Shown here one piece after another: positions 61,570-64,000 of a stretch of DNA of 64,000 nt. The notes below the pieces were generated by a model, which made no database searches, had not been told where the DNA came from, and saw only the letters and a list, made by a program, of their open reading frames with translations. The position numbers and the translations under genes are program-made. The stretch's first letter is position 1. Every line of letters begins with the position of its first letter. This DNA is from Marsupella aquatica (lineage: Eukaryota > Plantae > Marchantiophyta), in assembly GCA_973895155.1 (NCBI GenBank), contig OZ316899.1, positions 1,325,573 to 1,389,572 of the forward strand, in the 5' to 3' direction.

Positions 61570-61690
61570 ATCATGACTAAATAATTTAGTGTTGTTATGC
61601 TAATAACTATGGACTCCTACGTCTACTTTGTAAGTGCTAAATACAAATTAAGCCGTATTGCTAATTACCGGCCGTGTTGGCAGCGTCACA
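61570..61690 (-). repeat. Second LTR tip related to the family-1 terminus, abutting a LINE fragment
   Basis: ..GGCAGCGTCACA at 61690; similar to 60645-60765. Confidence 0.6.
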
Positions 61691-62965
61691 TGCCCCCACC
61701 TCTGCAAGATTAAGGTTACTACTATGGAATGATTTGAAGGTTTTGCTGCCACACAATGATTGGGTGTTGTGTGGAGACTTCAACATGATGGAACGTAGAA
61801 CTGACTCAACTGGTACTTCATCGCTGATCCGAGGTAGGAAGGCTGAGTTCTGGAGATTTTTTAAGATGAGATTTAATTTGACGAATGCACAGGATCTTAG
61901 AGGAGGAGCTTCTGGCCCTCATTTCACATGGAGGAGGAATATAAATGGAGTGATGATACAGTCCAGATTGGACAAGATCTACTAAAGCAATATGGGAGGA
62001 TGGCTTAGCAATGTTGAGCCTTTCCATGATGGGGGATCGGCTCTTTCCAATCACAACCCAGTACTGTTGAATGTAAGGCTCTCCGGATTGACAAAGACTG
62101 AGGAGAGAGGAAAAGTAAGGCTTTTTATGGCTAACCCAGCTTTGCTGCGGAGAAGGGAGGATATGCAACTACCGGAAGAAGCCTGGAGCATGGGACAAGG
62201 GAACTTTGAGGACCCTGGTCTTTGTTTTGCCAAAGGAAGCTGGAAATTGCATCAAACACTCAAGGAGATACAAGCCAAACCAAGAACAATTGAGGTGGAG
62301 ATGGCTTTTCAGAGAGCTCAGCTGTTGGCTCTTACAATAGCCATTCTAGAAAACCATTTAGAGGAGGATATTGTTGGGTTCATGGATGCTGAAGACACGG
62401 TGCATGCTTTGAGTTGGAGGAAACATACAAGAGGTTGCAGTCTAGCCCAAATCAAGCGGTTAGGTGAAGGACAAGAATCAACAAAAAAAATCTTTGCCAC
62501 TGTGAAAGCCAAAAGATCTTGAGAGGTCATGACTTCCTTGAGTAGGGAGGATGGGAGTACTATATTTGACCCTAGTAGGATTTTGAAGGAGGTGGAAGCT
62601 TTTTGTGAAGCGTTGTACAATCCTATCTGAAATGGAGACGGAAGGGAGACAAGTAACTAGAGCTAGACTGCTTGGCAACACAAGTTTTGCAATTTCTGGA
62701 GCTGAGATTTTAAAGATGGAGAAGCTCCCTTCATGCCATGAGGTGAAGGATGTGTTGTGGCTCCTGCCTTGTGACAAAACACCAAGGCCTGATGGCATGA
62801 CAACTGAGGTCTTTAGAGCATGCTGGGGTTTTCTTGGTCAGGATTTGGTGGATATGATACAAGGGTTCTAGCTTATGGATGCCCTTGATTTTGGGATTTG
62901 TGAAGTGATTGTTAAATTCATACCCAAGAAACCTGACAAATGCTTTTTAAAAGACTGGCGTCCAT
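61691..62965 (+). mobile_element. LINE (L1 clade) fragment: AP-endonuclease C-terminus through RT N-terminus
   Basis: WVLCGDFNM, SRLDKIY and SNHNPV endonuclease motifs; KTPRPDGMTTEVF..FIPKK..KDWRP RT-start motifs. Confidence 0.85.
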
Positions 62966-64000
62966 TGTGAGCCGCTCAATTAGTGGGTTAAATTAGTTTT
63001 AGGTTAGATTTTTTCTTTTTTGTTCTAAGTAAGCATATTATGCCTATAAATGAGTGGGAAGTAGAAGTGAAACTGAAGTCAACTCTCTTCAGTAAAACAG
63101 AATAAGAAAGTTTCATTAGTTTAAACCATGGTTAACTTAACAGTGGATTAGTGGATTAGATAGGTAATCAGATCCTTAGAGTTTGTAATTTAGGCTGAGA
63201 TTTTTTCTGAAGGTTCTAGGCAGGCCCTGGAGAACCCTTGTAAAAGAGCAAGTCATTTCGACCGTTCAATTAGAAGCTATTTACAGTGGAACAAAACTTT
63301 AAATAGACAACTTGCAGGACCTAGGGAAAATAGCCATAGAGCAAAAAATGTATTTTGAGGCTAGCCATGGTGTTACTATACCTAACACTATCCCTTAGAA
63401 TTATTAAACCTAGTTTTGGACTTATAGATACTTTTTGGGAGTGGTCCGAATTCTGTAAAAGTAGCTATGAATTATGACGGATTGCAGACTTTGAACAATT
63501 ATAGAAAAGCCAAGTTTAGTTATATATCAATTCTAAGAATTGTTTTAGGAAGCCCTAGGGCTAGGAAAGCCAGGAGTGTGTTCATAATAGTTTTTTTTCC
63601 TTATGAGTGAATTTTGAGCTATAAGTGAAGACGGCTAATGTTAAATGCCATAAGTAGCACTTAAAGGGAGACTTAAAGGGAGGAATGTTCTTTGTGCATA
63701 CAAAAGGGTAATTCAGCTGCGTAGAGAAACGTGGTGGACTCATTTACATCTGTAAAGGGAAGGGTTACAATGTAAAAGAGCTAGCTAAGGCCAGGTGTCG
63801 AGCCCAGAATTCAATAGAGCAAAAATCAAAGTGAAATTGAAGGGAGAATGGAGCTCAACGCTGCAGTTGAATGGAGAGCCAATACTCCACCAAATCAAGT
63901 AAGAAGAATTGGGCTGGAATGCTGGGCTCAAGGAGAATCAGAAGACCTGAACTAGAAGAGGAAATTCTGGAGCATGAATTAAAGGAGGAGATCGAAGGGA
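62966..64000. mobile_element. Probable LTR-type insertion interrupting the LINE RT, running off the window
   Basis: LINE coding stops abruptly at DWRP and is followed by TGTGAGCCGC and non-coding sequence. Confidence 0.35.

Noticed and set aside
1-64000. tRNA, rRNA or intact host protein-coding genes
   Set aside because: None recognised; tRNA-related sequence is limited to the primer-binding sites.

Overview
Eukaryotic, almost certainly land-plant (probably non-seed plant; inference) heterochromatin-like window made almost entirely of nested, mostly decayed transposable elements; no intact host gene is evident. Left to right: a Helitron Rep remnant (-), a Mutator-like MITE, a LINE 3' fragment, an internally deleted Ty1/copia (TSD GCTTC), a CACTA-like remnant, a coiled-coil/RING-H2 gene split by an insertion, a near-full-length Bianca-type Ty1/copia (TSD CAAAT, half-tRNA-Ile PBS), Ty3/gypsy pol fragments, a gypsy gag, and a second LINE fragment. 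Two things stand out. (1) The gypsy pol carries a C5 DNA-methyltransferase domain between protease and RT, and an adjacent same-strand integrase fragment ends in a PHD finger that can be rebuilt across an insertion. (2) Four insertions of 4-8 kb (19744-23735, 36097-42967, 44806-52644, 53107-57818) have TG...CA ends and perfect 5-bp TSDs but no gag/pol and no internal region. They look like giant solo LTRs, yet each carries a decayed ORF of roughly 880-1200 codons, and two nucleotide-unrelated families share one conserved protein domain. All calls are by-eye motif and boundary analysis; no database searches were run.
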